Below, piece by piece: positions 43,293 to 53,900 of a stretch of 64,000 nt of DNA (the first letter of the stretch is position 1; every line of letters begins with the position of its first letter). The notes under the pieces were generated by a model. It was not told where the DNA came from and searched no databases. It saw only the letters and a list, made by a program, of their open reading frames with translations. The position numbers were made by a program, and so were the translations under genes. The stretch covers positions 64,001-128,000 of the forward strand of contig OY970172.1 of the NCBI GenBank assembly GCA_963707655.1, written 5' to 3'. This stretch comes from an uncultured bacterium. Lineage in GTDB: Bacteria > Babelota > Babeliae > Babelales > Vermiphilaceae.

Positions 43293-44150
43293 TTAGAAAC
43301 TGCCGGTTAATTCAGCTAATTCTTTAGTGATGGTTGCTTGTCGGAGTTTGTTGTATTGTAATTTTGTTTGTTCGAGCAATCTATCAGCATTGCGAGTAGA
43401 ATTGTCCATAGATATGAAGCGTGCTGCTTGCTCGGCAATAAGCGATTGAAAAAGAAGATATTCAAATGTTCCTTTTACTATTTGCTTGGCGAGAAAATCA
43501 ACCACTTCTTGTCCGTTTTGCTCCCAATAAAAATCAGCGCTGTGCGCGTCTGTTTTTTCAGTAGCTGCCGATGGGTCTTGAAAAGGAATTAAAATAGTTT
43601 TTTCAGGTTTTTGTAAAAAAAATGTTTTCAGAATATTGCTGAATATCGTTACTGATTGATAAGGTTCTGGTTTGAGCGTTATGTGGTCCACCAGGGCACG
43701 AGCGATGGAGGGTAATGTATGTATGGTGAATTGTTTGTATACCAAGCGGGGAATAATCTTTTTTTTCTGTTCAAGGTAGTCAATCGCTTTTTTGCCAATA
43801 GCGATGTAGGTGGTATTTTCGGGATTGTAAGTTGATAAATATTCTTCAAAAAAATAGAAGAGCGTTGTGTTGAAATTGCCGCATAATCCTTTGTCTGATC
43901 CAATCAAAATTACGAGCGCGTTTGGTTGATCGGCAGGAGAGGGTTGCAAAATAGGATTATGCCAATTGTCGACCTGACCTTTTGCTTTTTGAAAAGTTGC
44001 GGCGAGTGTTTTTATATACGTAGTAAATGATTGCTCTTTTGATTTAAGGCGGGTATGGCCCGACATAGCAACAAGGCGCATGGCATGAGTTATTTTTTTG
44101 ATTGTTGCAATAGCGCCTATTCTTTGGCGAATTTGCATAAGTTCTGCCAT
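43293..44150 (-). CDS. atpG: F1F0 ATP synthase gamma subunit
   Basis: KKITHAMRLVA, DKGLCGNFN and YNKLRQATITKEL; start MAELMQIRQR. Confidence 0.96.
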   Translation of the reverse strand: MAELMQIRQRIGAIATIKKITHAMRLVAMSGHTRLKSKEQSFTTYIKTLAATFQKAKGQVDNWHNPILQPSPADQPNALVILIGSDKGLCGNFNTTLFYFFEEYLSTYNPENTTYIAIGKKAIDYLEQKKKIIPRLVYKQFTIHTLPSIARALVDHITLKPEPYQSVTIFSNILKTFFLQKPEKTILIPFQDPSAATEKTDAHSADFYWEQNGQEVVDFLAKQIVKGTFEYLLFQSLIAEQAARFISMDNSTRNADRLLEQTKLQYNKLRQATITKELAELTGSF

Positions 44151-44267
44151 GAAATATTCCCTTTGGTATTTTTTGTATTCTCGCGTGCTCTTATATACAA
44201 TGGTAATAATGTTTGTGTTTCTTTGCAATCTCATTGTGCCAAAATTTATCAATAAGAGGGAAATGGA

Positions 44268-44846
44268 ATGATCATTGTAGTAGATGCCTACAATGTGCTT
44301 AAGCGAGAAACCGGTACGCCCGATATCTCACATCAGCAGCGAATAGCTTTTCTTTCACAGATTGCTCATTATAACAAGCAAAAAGGTCATGAGATGATTA
44401 TTGTGTTTGATGGGGGTGAATCTTCATGGCCCTCAGTCACCAAACAGCGCCATCTTACCGTTGTTTATTCCGGCAACCAAAGAACCGCGGATGATTATAT
44501 TCGCTCATATTTGACGCATCATGCACACAAAGATATTATACTTGTTTCTTCAGACAATGAGTTGAATTTTTGGGCCGACAGACACGATATTCCTTCAATA
44601 GATTCTGATGTTTTTTACACAAAGCTGAGGCAGACCGTTCAGGTGAATGGTCCGTCAAAAAAAGAAAATCGGGGGGCATTAATAAAAACGTCTTCATCAG
44701 CGGACGCTTTTCTTGATGAAGTTATGAGAGAGAGCGCTGTACAGATTCAGCACAAAGTAGAAGATTTTGGCGGAGAAAAAGAGCTTGAAAAATCAGCAGG
44801 CTCAAAAAAAGATAAAAAATTACTGCGGATCATGAATAAATTATAA
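44268..44846 (+). CDS. NYN/YacP (Rae1-like) ribonuclease
   Basis: IIVVDAYN, IVFDG, TADDYI and VSSD motifs. Confidence 0.88.
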   Translation: MIIVVDAYNVLKRETGTPDISHQQRIAFLSQIAHYNKQKGHEMIIVFDGGESSWPSVTKQRHLTVVYSGNQRTADDYIRSYLTHHAHKDIILVSSDNELNFWADRHDIPSIDSDVFYTKLRQTVQVNGPSKKENRGALIKTSSSADAFLDEVMRESAVQIQHKVEDFGGEKELEKSAGSKKDKKLLRIMNKL

Positions 44847-44857
44847 AAGGCCATGCC

Positions 44858-45298
44858 ATGAGAGAAAAAGAGATTGTCTATAGTTTGGATACTATTGATT
44901 TGGTGGTTAATTATCTGCGCGACCAGATGAAAGAATGTGCCGTATTTACTTTTACTGGTGAATTGGGTGCAGGCAAAACTACGCTGATCAAAGCTTTTTT
45001 AAGATCATGTGGCATACAACAACCGGTCACCAGTCCCACATTTACGTATGTGAATATATATGAAAATAAAGAAGGACAGACTTTTTATCACTTTGACCTG
45101 TACAGAATAAAAACGGTGGATGATTTTATATCCGCCGGCTTCAATGAATATTTGTATCAGCCCCAAAGTTGGAGTTTGATAGAATGGCCCCAGGCTATAG
45201 CGCCGTTGTTGGATGAGAAGGTTTGCCACAGCATCCTTGATTATGAAGCGGATCAGCGAAAAATATATAGCACCTCTGATATAAACATTTCTATTTGA
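44858..45298 (+). CDS. tsaE: tRNA threonylcarbamoyladenosine biosynthesis ATPase
   Basis: GELGAGKTT, SPTF, HFDLYR and IEW motifs. Confidence 0.96.
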   Translation: MREKEIVYSLDTIDLVVNYLRDQMKECAVFTFTGELGAGKTTLIKAFLRSCGIQQPVTSPTFTYVNIYENKEGQTFYHFDLYRIKTVDDFISAGFNEYLYQPQSWSLIEWPQAIAPLLDEKVCHSILDYEADQRKIYSTSDINISI

Positions 45299-45384
45299 AA
45301 CTGTTTTCTATAAAATAGACTTTTTTGCTCATTTCGCTATATTATAATGAATAACAGAAAATTTTTATTAACCCGTGGAGAAAA

Positions 45385-46558
45385 TGTGAAAAAACAGATA
45401 ATGCGTGTATTCGCGCTTGCATTGGGATTGAATTCCTTTTCAATGGTTGCATTAAGTCAAAATGAAAAAATTGGTTTAACTGCCTTAGGCGGTGTTATTG
45501 TCGGTGGGCTTGGTCACTGGACAATCGATAGAATTCGCCGTAATAACAGAGAAAATGATAAAGCATGCCAAGAAATTAAAAAAATGTTTGCCAGCATTAA
45601 AGCCAAGCATGAAAGCAACGAAAGTGATGAATCATTACCCGAATTACAGCGCCATTTAAATATAATGGCCGGTTGGGATGACAGCTGTTTTGACGGGGAA
45701 GAAAAAACAGCCAAAGAGACATTGGCTTCCGCTTTGAAACAAAAATATGAAGCAAAATGTTCTGAAAACCGCAAAGAATGTGCTAATAAGGCCGTTGAGA
45801 GTTGCTTGGAGCGATACGCACATGAATTTGAGATGAATAAAAAGGGCAAATTGTCAAAGACGCTCTTGGAGCGTTATGCCCTTGAAAGTCATGGCGGGTC
45901 AAATCTGGCTCCTGTGAGTAGCTATTATGAGACAATTGCGGAAGATTATAATGCCTTGGCAAAGATCTCTATTGAAGATTTATCAGCCGATAATGCGGCA
46001 GTATACAGATCTTTAAAACAAGAATTATCTGCTATAGTAAAGTTTGCGCGTGCTGAGTTGCACGAAGCAATACAACGTGAGCAGGAAAACAACAAAAAAT
46101 CGACTCATGCGGAAGAAATGCGCAGAAAAGAGCTTGAGGTGCGTGAAAAAGAGATAGCATTAATAGCTTTGCAGAAACAGGAGTTTTGCAAAACTAATCG
46201 AGAAGTTTTAGCTATGGTGCAATCTGCTGATTCAAGCATAAAACAGGTAGAGCAGCGTTCAGCAAGGTTTGAAGCAAGCACAGAAAGAAATGAGGCTGCT
46301 GCAAGAAGAGTTGAGAGTGAGTTGCGCATTCCTGTTGATTTATTGCGTGGAGTAATCAACGGATTAGAGAGCATTGCACAACAAAGTGCTGCTCAGTCAC
46401 GTACGTTAGAAAAAATTGAAAATCAAGGCGCCGCTCAAGCAAGGCAAGAAATGCACATTAAGAGTGCTATCGCTGATCTTCGTTCATTAATCGATACTCA
46501 TAGCAGTCATTCAAATAATCCCTATGCCAATGCTTCTGCGCCGTCATTTGACGCGTAA
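45385..46558 (+). CDS. Exported, membrane-anchored coiled-coil protein
   Basis: GGAG + GTG at 45385, signal peptide, Gly-rich TM and long heptad region. Confidence 0.78.
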
Positions 46559-46581
46559 TACTCAACCGAGAAAGGTTTTTC

Positions 46582-46797
46582 ATGAGCGAATATAAAGGTC
46601 CTCTACTTGCGCGTCGTCCCGACTATTTGGTGTGCACCTGCATGGGTGTTATGTATTCAGAGATTTGTGATGCTATTGCCAATGGATTTGACACTTTTGA
46701 TAAATTATCGATGCTATTAGGGGTTGGCACCGGCTGCAACAGCTGTGTGAGTGAGGTGGAATTGATTCTGAAAGAAGAAATTTCAAAAAATAAGTAA
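46582..46797 (+). CDS. BFD-like [2Fe-2S] protein
   Basis: CxC...GTGCxxC pattern. Confidence 0.88.
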   Translation: MSEYKGPLLARRPDYLVCTCMGVMYSEICDAIANGFDTFDKLSMLLGVGTGCNSCVSEVELILKEEISKNK

Positions 46798-46862
46798 GAA
46801 GAAGTTGAAATCTTGCGAAAAAACTTTATCCTATTTCCTGAACTGTAATTAATTTTGATAGC

Positions 46863-46948
46863 GGCGAGGTTCCCGAGCGGTCAAAGGGGACGGACTGTAA
46901 ATCCGTTGGCTATGGCCTTCATAGGTTCGAATCCTATTCTCGCCACCA
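46863..46948 (+). tRNA. tRNA-Tyr(GTA)
   Basis: ACGGA-CT-GTA-AA-TCCGT, variable arm, CCA. Confidence 0.96.
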
Positions 46949-47180
46949 GTCTTTGCTTATTCCGCCGCCGCCAAGGCTGTGGAGGACGCGGCCGGGCAAA
47001 AGAGAGCTCGGCGAAAGCCTGAAGAAGCTCGTAAGAGCGGAGGCAGGCAAGCTTCGTCTGGCTTTGCCAGCAAATGAAATATTTGATGAGAAAAATCGGA
47101 GACTGTCCGACGAAGCTTAACTCTTCCTGTCTGCCCGCCATAGCCTTGGCGACAGCTTGAAGTAAGAGCGCAGCCTGGAC
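46946..47180 (+). repeat. CCA-anchored element with nested palindromes after tRNA-Tyr
   Basis: CCAGTC-TTT-GCTT...AAGC-TTC-GTCTGG-C-TTT-GCCA (ends 47069). GAAGTAAGAGC..AGCCTGGAC is shared with 9423-9444. Confidence 0.78.
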
Positions 47181-47251
47181 AGCAATGCCATTTTTCTCAA
47201 TAATTACAGTATCGCCAGAACTCTTTTGGGGTAAAGGCGTATGAAATATAG

Positions 47252-47327
47252 GCGGGAATAGCTCAATTGGTAGAGCGGCAGCCTTCCAAGCTGTAGGTTG
47301 CGGGTTCGAGTCCCGTTTCCCGCTCCA
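47252..47327 (+). tRNA. tRNA-Gly(TCC)
   Basis: GCGGGAA acceptor, anticodon TCC, CCA. Confidence 0.96.
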
Positions 47328-47341
47328 TAAGTAACCAAAGC

Positions 47342-47417
47342 GCTGGCGTAGCTCAGTTGGTAGAGCAACTGATTTGTAATCAGTAGGTCGCTGGTTCAAA
47401 TCCAGTCGCCAGCTCCA
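47342..47417 (+). tRNA. tRNA-Thr(TGT)
   Basis: ACTGA-TT-TGT-AA-TCAGT anticodon arm. Confidence 0.96.
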
Positions 47418-47502
47418 TGAAAAAAGATAGGTTTTTAAAGCAAAATTAATTTGTCTTTTTTCATTTTTTGCTTTAATCTGTGTAAGATAAAGAGCGGGTA
47501 GC

Positions 47503-47578
47503 GCCCACGTAGCTCAGTTGGTAGAGCACTTCCTTGGTAAGGGAGAGGTCACCGGTTCAAACCCGGTCGCGGGCTCCA
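47503..47578 (+). tRNA. tRNA-Thr(GGT)
   Basis: Anticodon GGT; one A-C mismatch in the acceptor stem. Confidence 0.94.
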
Positions 47579-47633
47579 GGTCTTTATAATAAGAAAAAAA
47601 ATTTGGTCGATAATTTGGAATGGTCTTTTCATC

Positions 47634-47792
47634 ATGGCAAAAAATAGAGTAACAACACATTTAGCGTGTGAACAGTGCAAAGAACGTAATTATACTCAGG
47701 TTGTATCTAAGGGCCGTACGGTAGGTTCTTTACATGTCTCTAAATTTTGTTCTCGTTGCCATAAGCACACCATGCACAAAGAGACCAAATAG
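47634..47792 (+). CDS. rpmG: 50S ribosomal protein L33 (zinc-binding form)
   Basis: Manual translation: MAKNRVTTHLACEQCKERNY...KFCSRCHKHTMHKETK. Confidence 0.95.
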   Translation: MAKNRVTTHLACEQCKERNYTQVVSKGRTVGSLHVSKFCSRCHKHTMHKETK

Positions 47793-47809
47793 GGGCGAGA
47801 AGTTCTTGG

Positions 47810-47886
47810 AGGCCAGTAGCTCGAATTGGTAGAGCGGCAGACTCCAAATCTGCGGGTTGGGGGTTCGAATCCCTCCTGGCCTGCCA
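47810..47886 (+). tRNA. tRNA-Trp(CCA)
   Basis: GCAGA-CT-CCA-AA-TCTGC; usual position before secE. Confidence 0.96.
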
Positions 47887-47933
47887 CTTGGTGAGCAGTA
47901 AATGATAAAACTTATAATTAGTGTGGATGCGCA

Positions 47934-48128
47934 ATGAAAGAAATTGTACAGTTTTTACATGAAGTTAAACTGGAATTTTCTAAGGTAGTTTGGCCTAAAA
48001 CCAGTGAATTTATAGGATCCATTATTGTGGTCCTATTTTTAGTGCTGGTCTTTGCTATTTACTTAGGTGTAGTAGATTGGGCTTGCACAATCATTATGAA
48101 ATATATATTCAAAGCCTATGGTTTATAG
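47934..48128 (+). CDS. secE: Preprotein translocase SecE
   Basis: EVKLEFSKVVWP followed by a TM helix. Confidence 0.95.
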   Translation: MKEIVQFLHEVKLEFSKVVWPKTSEFIGSIIVVLFLVLVFAIYLGVVDWACTIIMKYIFKAYGL

Positions 48129-48154
48129 GGTCGGGTTAGTTAGGGTATAATCAG

Positions 48155-48676
48155 ATGAAACGTTGGTATGTTCTCCAGGTGTATGCTGGATATGAAGAGG
48201 CGATTAAAAAAGATTTACAGCGCCGCATACATGAAGAGGGTCTTGAAGACAATTTTGGTGAGATTTTAATTCCCTCGGCAAAATTGCGTCAGATGTTTAG
48301 CCTGGAAGGTTCTCAAGACGAGCAACTTTTTCCTGGTTATATTCTTGTAGAGATGGCCGTTTCAAACGAAACTATGCGTTTGGCGTTGTCAAACCCCCGC
48401 GTTATTAGGTTCTTGGGGGGTACGCAGCCGGCTCCTTTGAGCAAAAAAGAAATTGACCGCATTATCTCTCAAATTAAGGGTGAGGTTCAGGTCGCGGTCA
48501 CTGAGAAAGTTGATTTTGTCGTTGGTTCCGAAGTGGAAATTCAAGATGGGCCATTTGCAGGATTCATCGGCATTGTCGATAAGGTGGAGAAAGAAAGTGA
48601 AAAGCTAACCGTTATGGTGAGTATCTTTGGTAGAATGACTCCGGTAGAATTAGGTTTTAATCAAGTCAAGCGATAG
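48155..48676 (+). CDS. nusG: Transcription factor NusG
   Basis: WYVLQVYAGYE, FPGYILV, KOW GPFAGF and IFGRMTPVEL. Confidence 0.97.
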   Translation: MKRWYVLQVYAGYEEAIKKDLQRRIHEEGLEDNFGEILIPSAKLRQMFSLEGSQDEQLFPGYILVEMAVSNETMRLALSNPRVIRFLGGTQPAPLSKKEIDRIISQIKGEVQVAVTEKVDFVVGSEVEIQDGPFAGFIGIVDKVEKESEKLTVMVSIFGRMTPVELGFNQVKR

Positions 48677-48696
48677 GTTTGAGGTAGGTTTTATTT

Positions 48697-49122
48697 ATGT
48701 CAAAAACAGTAAAAGCACAAATTAAGCTCCAGCTCTCTGGTGCAGCTGCTACGCCAGCCCCTCCGGTCGGTTCAGCATTGGGTCAGCAGCAAGTAAACAT
48801 TATGGAATTTTGTAAGCAATTCAATGCGGCAACTGCGAGCAGAAGAGGTGAAACGGTTCCTGTTGTTATTACCGTTTACACAGATAAAACATTCACTTTT
48901 GTGCTTAAAACGCCTCCAACAAGTGAATTGATTAGAAAGAAAATTAATCTTGCCAAAGGATCGTCTCGTCCAAATACAGATAAGGTTGGCAAAATTAAAT
49001 GGAAAGATGTCGAAGATATTGCTCGTGTTAAACTCCCTGATTTAAATGCAGTTGATCTTGAACAGGCAAAAAAAATAGTTGCCGGCAGTGCAAGAAGTAT
49101 GGGCGTTGAGGTCATTGATTGA
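48697..49122 (+). CDS. rplK: 50S ribosomal protein L11
   Basis: [12 protein letters not shown] and FCKQFNA. Confidence 0.98.
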   Translation: MSKTVKAQIKLQLSGAAATPAPPVGSALGQQQVNIMEFCKQFNAATASRRGETVPVVITVYTDKTFTFVLKTPPTSELIRKKINLAKGSSRPNTDKVGKIKWKDVEDIARVKLPDLNAVDLEQAKKIVAGSARSMGVEVID

Positions 49123-49139
49123 TAGGATAGGTTCATACT

Positions 49140-49838
49140 ATGTCAAAGCATGGAAAAAAATATCAAAAAGCAGCAGAAGGCCTTGTAAAAGGTCAGGTTA
49201 TTCCTGTTAATTCTGCTTTGCAAAAAGTCAAAGAATTGGCATATGCTAAATTTGATGAGTCAGTGGATGTTCATGTTAATTTGAGCATCGACGCTGGTAA
49301 AGGCGATCAAAATGTGCGCGGCTCACTTGTGTTGCCACATGCCCGTGCTGCAGCGCCACGCGTTATTGTTTTCGCTAAAGGCGATTACGGTATGGCTGCT
49401 GAAAAAGCAGGAGCAGATTTTGTAGGTGCCGATGATCTAATTGAAAAAATTAGCGCTGGTTGGATGGACTTTGACTACGCGGTTGCAACTCCCGATGTAA
49501 TGGGTTTGGTCGGTAAATTGGCTAAGCAGCTTGGGCCACGTGGGTTATTGCCAAATAAAAAATTGGGAACTGTTACTTTTGACGTTGCTTCAATTGTTAC
49601 TGATCTTAAAAAAGGCCGCGTGTTTTTCAAAAATGATAAAAATGGCATAGTTCATTTTTCATTTGGGAAAGTCTCATTTGACGCTAAAAAGTTGCAAGAA
49701 AACTTGGCAGCTTTTGTTAAAGCGCTTGTGGCTGCAAAACCGGCTGCGTCCAAAGGAAAATATTTAAAAAAGATGACCGTTGCGTCAACAATGGGTGTCG
49801 GCCTTCAAATTAACCCTGAAGAAGCTTTGCATTCTTGA
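49140..49838 (+). CDS. rplA: 50S ribosomal protein L1
   Basis: KFDESVD, LGPRGLLPN and STMG. Confidence 0.98.
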   Translation: MSKHGKKYQKAAEGLVKGQVIPVNSALQKVKELAYAKFDESVDVHVNLSIDAGKGDQNVRGSLVLPHARAAAPRVIVFAKGDYGMAAEKAGADFVGADDLIEKISAGWMDFDYAVATPDVMGLVGKLAKQLGPRGLLPNKKLGTVTFDVASIVTDLKKGRVFFKNDKNGIVHFSFGKVSFDAKKLQENLAAFVKALVAAKPAASKGKYLKKMTVASTMGVGLQINPEEALHS

Positions 49839-49855
49839 TTTGTAAAGGATAAACA

Positions 49856-50350
49856 ATGAATCGTGAACAGAAAGAATCAGTTGTCCGCGAATTACAAAGC
49901 GACTTTTCTCAGAGTCAAGGGACTTTTGTTGTAGGCGTTAAGGGCATGACCGTTGCGCAGCTTCAAAATCTTAGAAAAGATTTGCGTTCTCAGGGTGGTA
50001 AACTCAAAATTACCAAAGCTCGTCTTATGAGAATTGCAACTGATGACAATAAAGCCGTTGAAGAATTACAACCTTTCTTCAAAGAGCAAGTAGGCGTTGT
50101 ATTCGCTAAGAATGAGTCTTCTGCGGTTGCAAAAGTGTTATTTAATTTTGCAAAAAAGAATGAAGTTTTGCGTTTGGTCGCGGGAACAGTAGACGCACAA
50201 TTTCTTGATGCTAGCGCGATTGGGAAAATTGCACAATTGCCTTCTCGTGAAGTATTGTTTGGGCAAGTGTGTGGTGTCTTGAATATGGTTATCGTGAAAA
50301 TGATGCTCACTTTGAAAGCAATTGAAAATCAAAAAAAAGAGCAGCAATAA
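49856..50350 (+). CDS. rplJ: 50S ribosomal protein L10
   Basis: GMTVAQLQNLR and AQLPSRE; synteny. Confidence 0.95.
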   Translation: MNREQKESVVRELQSDFSQSQGTFVVGVKGMTVAQLQNLRKDLRSQGGKLKITKARLMRIATDDNKAVEELQPFFKEQVGVVFAKNESSAVAKVLFNFAKKNEVLRLVAGTVDAQFLDASAIGKIAQLPSREVLFGQVCGVLNMVIVKMMLTLKAIENQKKEQQ

Positions 50351-50416
50351 AAGCGATAGCTAGATAGATTATAGTTAATAGTTGGTATAGTTTTTTGGTC
50401 TCTATGGAGAATTCTC

Positions 50417-50812
50417 ATGGTATCAAAGTCATTTGATAAATTAATTGAAGAAATTGGCAGCTTATCAGTAATGGATCTTGCTGGGTTAGTAAAGGCAATG
50501 GAAGAAAAGTTTGGTGTTTCTGCCGTTATGCCAACAGCAGCAGCCGGAGCTCCAGCAGCATCTGAAGCAGCGCCAGCAGAAGAAAAAAATGAATTTAAAG
50601 TTCTTTTAGTTGAAGGCGGTGCTGAAAAACTTAAGACTATCAAAGCACTTCGTCAAGTGGTTACCACTCTTGGTTTAGCTGAAGCTAAAAAAGCGGTTGA
50701 GGATTCATCAAATGAAACTCCTTTTGTTATTGTAGAATCAGCATCTAAAGCTGACGCTCAAAAAATAAAAGAAACAATAGAAGCCGCTGGAGCTAAAGTA
50801 AAACTTGCGTAA
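50417..50812 (+). CDS. rplL: 50S ribosomal protein L7/L12
   Basis: EEKFGVSA, Ala-rich hinge and LGLAEAK. Confidence 0.97.
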   Translation: MVSKSFDKLIEEIGSLSVMDLAGLVKAMEEKFGVSAVMPTAAAGAPAASEAAPAEEKNEFKVLLVEGGAEKLKTIKALRQVVTTLGLAEAKKAVEDSSNETPFVIVESASKADAQKIKETIEAAGAKVKLA

Positions 50813-50953
50813 GTAAGTTTTTTTTAGTTGTTTGTGTCGTGTGATTTTTCGCGACATTTATTAGCGTTATGTTTTGTTAAAATCATTACCCTTTTTTGAG
50901 GGGTGGCAGATCATTTTTTAGAACCTTTTTGCAGTTATCGGAGGAGCGACTTA

Positions 50954-53900
50954 ATGTCTCAATTGCACATGGGCAAAAGCAATATTCGTAAATTGTTTGG
51001 CAGTATTAAAGATATTGCGCCAGTTCCTAATTTAATCGAAATACAATCTTCATCTTTTAATGATTTTGTGCAATTGGATTACTTGCCGGAAGAGCGTCAG
51101 CTTATAGGGCTTGAAAAGGTATTGCGTGACGTATTCCCTATAGAATACAACGATAAAATGTCTTTAGAGTATGTCAGCTATGAGTTGGGTAGCTGGGCGT
51201 GTACCTGCGGCAAGTTGACTGGTATAGAAAATCGATACCAGTGGAGTTGTTCTTCCTGCAAAAAATCAGGGTGTTCTCGCCTAAGCAGTGATTTAGCATG
51301 TCCTTCATGCAGTAAAAAAACAGCCCGTTATAAAACATGTTCCAATTGTTTGTCGCGCGTTGCCATTAAGCTAGCTATGAATCTTGATGAATGTCGTTCT
51401 AACGGACAGACATTTTCTATGCCGTTAAAGGTAAAGATTCAGTTGATGAGCTGGTCTCTTGATTCTGCGGGTAAAAAAATTATTCACGATATCAAAGAGC
51501 AAGATATCTTTTTTGCAGATGTTCCCGTAATGGCCGATTTGTATGAAGAAGCAGATCGTTTTAAAGTGGGTAATCTTGGCACATTCCTCATTAATGGTGT
51601 TGACCGTGTAATTGTGAGTCAGCTGCACCGTTCTCCGGGTGTTGTGTTTTCTCAAAGCAAAAAAGTCAAAGATTTTCGCGATCGGCCTTATTACATAGCT
51701 CGTATTATTCCAATGCGTGGCTCTTGGCTTGATTTTGAATTTGATAGCAACGATTACTTGTATGTGCGAGTTGATAAGAAGAAAAAGCTTCTTGTTACTA
51801 CATTGTTACAAGCACTTGGCTTTGCGCGCGATCAAATTATGTCACTATTTTATGATTTTGAAACTATTCATTGGGAAAATGGTTCATTTTCTAGAAAAGT
51901 TGATGCGAGCCTTATTGGGCGACGTGTTGAAAAGGGTATGCTTCCTGAGAAAGAAGAAAAAATGCTCTTGGGCAAGCGTATTACCAAAGACACTATTGCT
52001 CGTTTATTGAAAGACGATATTGAGTATCTTCCTCTCCGTTCAGCTAGTTTAGTTAATCGAGTTTTTGCAAAAGACGTGATTGATGAAAAGACCGGAGAAA
52101 TTTTAGTTGAGCAGGGTCGTGTCTTTACTGAAGAGCTGCAGCAATTCTTCAGTACTTTCAAAAAAATTAATTTTGAACTTATTCAATCATCTGGTTATGT
52201 ATTCCAGCCAACCATAGCTATGACTTTGACGCAAGATCGTTCACTTACACAAGACGAAGCGCTTAAAGATGTACATGCAAAAATTTGGCCTGGTGATAGC
52301 GCATCGCTGCAAGAAATTAAAGAGCGCTTAGAAGCTCTCTTTTTCAACAATAAATTGTATGATTTGACGAGAGTTGGTCGTATTCGCATGAATCGCAAAC
52401 TCGGTCTTTCTGTACAAGAAAATCTTACCGTGCTTACCAAAGAAGATATTATTGCCACTATTCGTTATTTAGTTAATTTACGTGAACGTGGTGAAGGTGA
52501 GCTCGATGATATCGATCATTTGGGTAATAGACGAGTGCGTCTCGTTGGAGAATTGCTTACCAATCAAGTTTATCTTGGATTTTTGCGTATCGAGCGTATT
52601 ATTCGTGAGCGTTTCAGAATGCAAGAACCGCATGGCGCCTTAATGCCACAAGATTTCTTAAACGTTAAGCCATTGAGCGCGGTCATGCGTGAATTCTTCG
52701 GCATGGGACAGCTTTCTCAGTTTATGGACCAAACAAATCCACTTTCAGAAATTGCTCATAAACGTCGTCTCTCAGCCCTCGGGCCCGGCGGTGTTCTTAA
52801 AGATAGAGCTACCTATGAAATTCGTGACGTCCACACTTCTCACTATGGTCGAATTTGTCCTATTGAAACCCCTGAAGGTCAAACTATTGGTTTGATTTCT
52901 TCACTTGCTACCTACGCAATGGTAAACGATCTTGGTTTTATTGAAACCGGCTACCGTCCTGTTAAAAACGGAACCATCAAAGATGAGGTTGTTTTCTTAG
53001 ACGCGTTTGAAGAGTCAGATCAATTCATTGCGCAAGCCGACAATGTGATGAAGGGTGACGCAAACAAATTAAATCAAAATAAAGTTTTTGCCCGCCATCA
53101 AGGCAACTTTATGTACGTTGACGAGGATAAGATTAGTTATATTGACTTATCTCCAAAGCAACTTGTTTCCGTTTCTTCTGCTCTGATTCCTTTCTTAGAG
53201 CATGACGACGCGAGTCGTGCATTAATGGGCGCCAACATGCAACGCCAAGCAGTTCCTTTGATCCAAAGCAATGCTCCTCTTGTGGGCACGGGTATGGAAA
53301 AAGAAATTGTGAAAGCGTCAGGCGCTGTTATTTTAGCTAAACGTACCGGTATAGTTACCTATGTTTCCTCTGAAAAAATTATCATTCAAGCGAATGAAGA
53401 AGAATTTGTAAATACAGAGGATTGGATTTCGCGTGCTATTGATACGTATTATCTGAGAAAATTTGAACGCTCAAGCTATAGAACATGGATTCATCACACA
53501 CCTATTGTGCGTTGTGGTGATAAAGTGAATGCTGGCGATGTTATAACCAACGGTCAAGCAATTGATTCTGGTGAATTAGCATTGGGAGCAAATCTTTTAG
53601 TTGCCTTCATGCCATGGCACGGTTACAACTTTGAGGATGCGATTGTTTTAAATAAACGATTGGTTTCTGGCGATGTACTTACTTCAGTACATATTGAAGA
53701 ATACATTGTTGATGCCCGTGATACCAAACTTGGGCCCGAAGAAATTACCCGTGATATTCCAAATGTCAGTGAAACTGCTTTAGAGGGTCTTGATGAAGAC
53801 GGTATCGTTCGTATCGGAACGCGAGTCAAGCCTGGTGATATTTTAGTTGGTAAAGTGACGCTGAAGGGTGATATTCAATATTCTCCAGAAGAAAAATTAT

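Noticed and set aside
46520..46558. C-terminal NASAPSF as an ESCRT late-domain motif
   Set aside because: It is ASAP, not P(S/T)AP, which is too weak to call.
47503..47578. A-C mismatch in the tRNA-Thr(GGT) acceptor stem as a sign of editing or decay
   Set aside because: Single acceptor-stem mismatches are tolerated and the rest of the gene is canonical.
46881..47934. Minus-strand ORFs over the tRNA cluster
   Set aside because: They are antisense translations of tRNA genes and rpmG.
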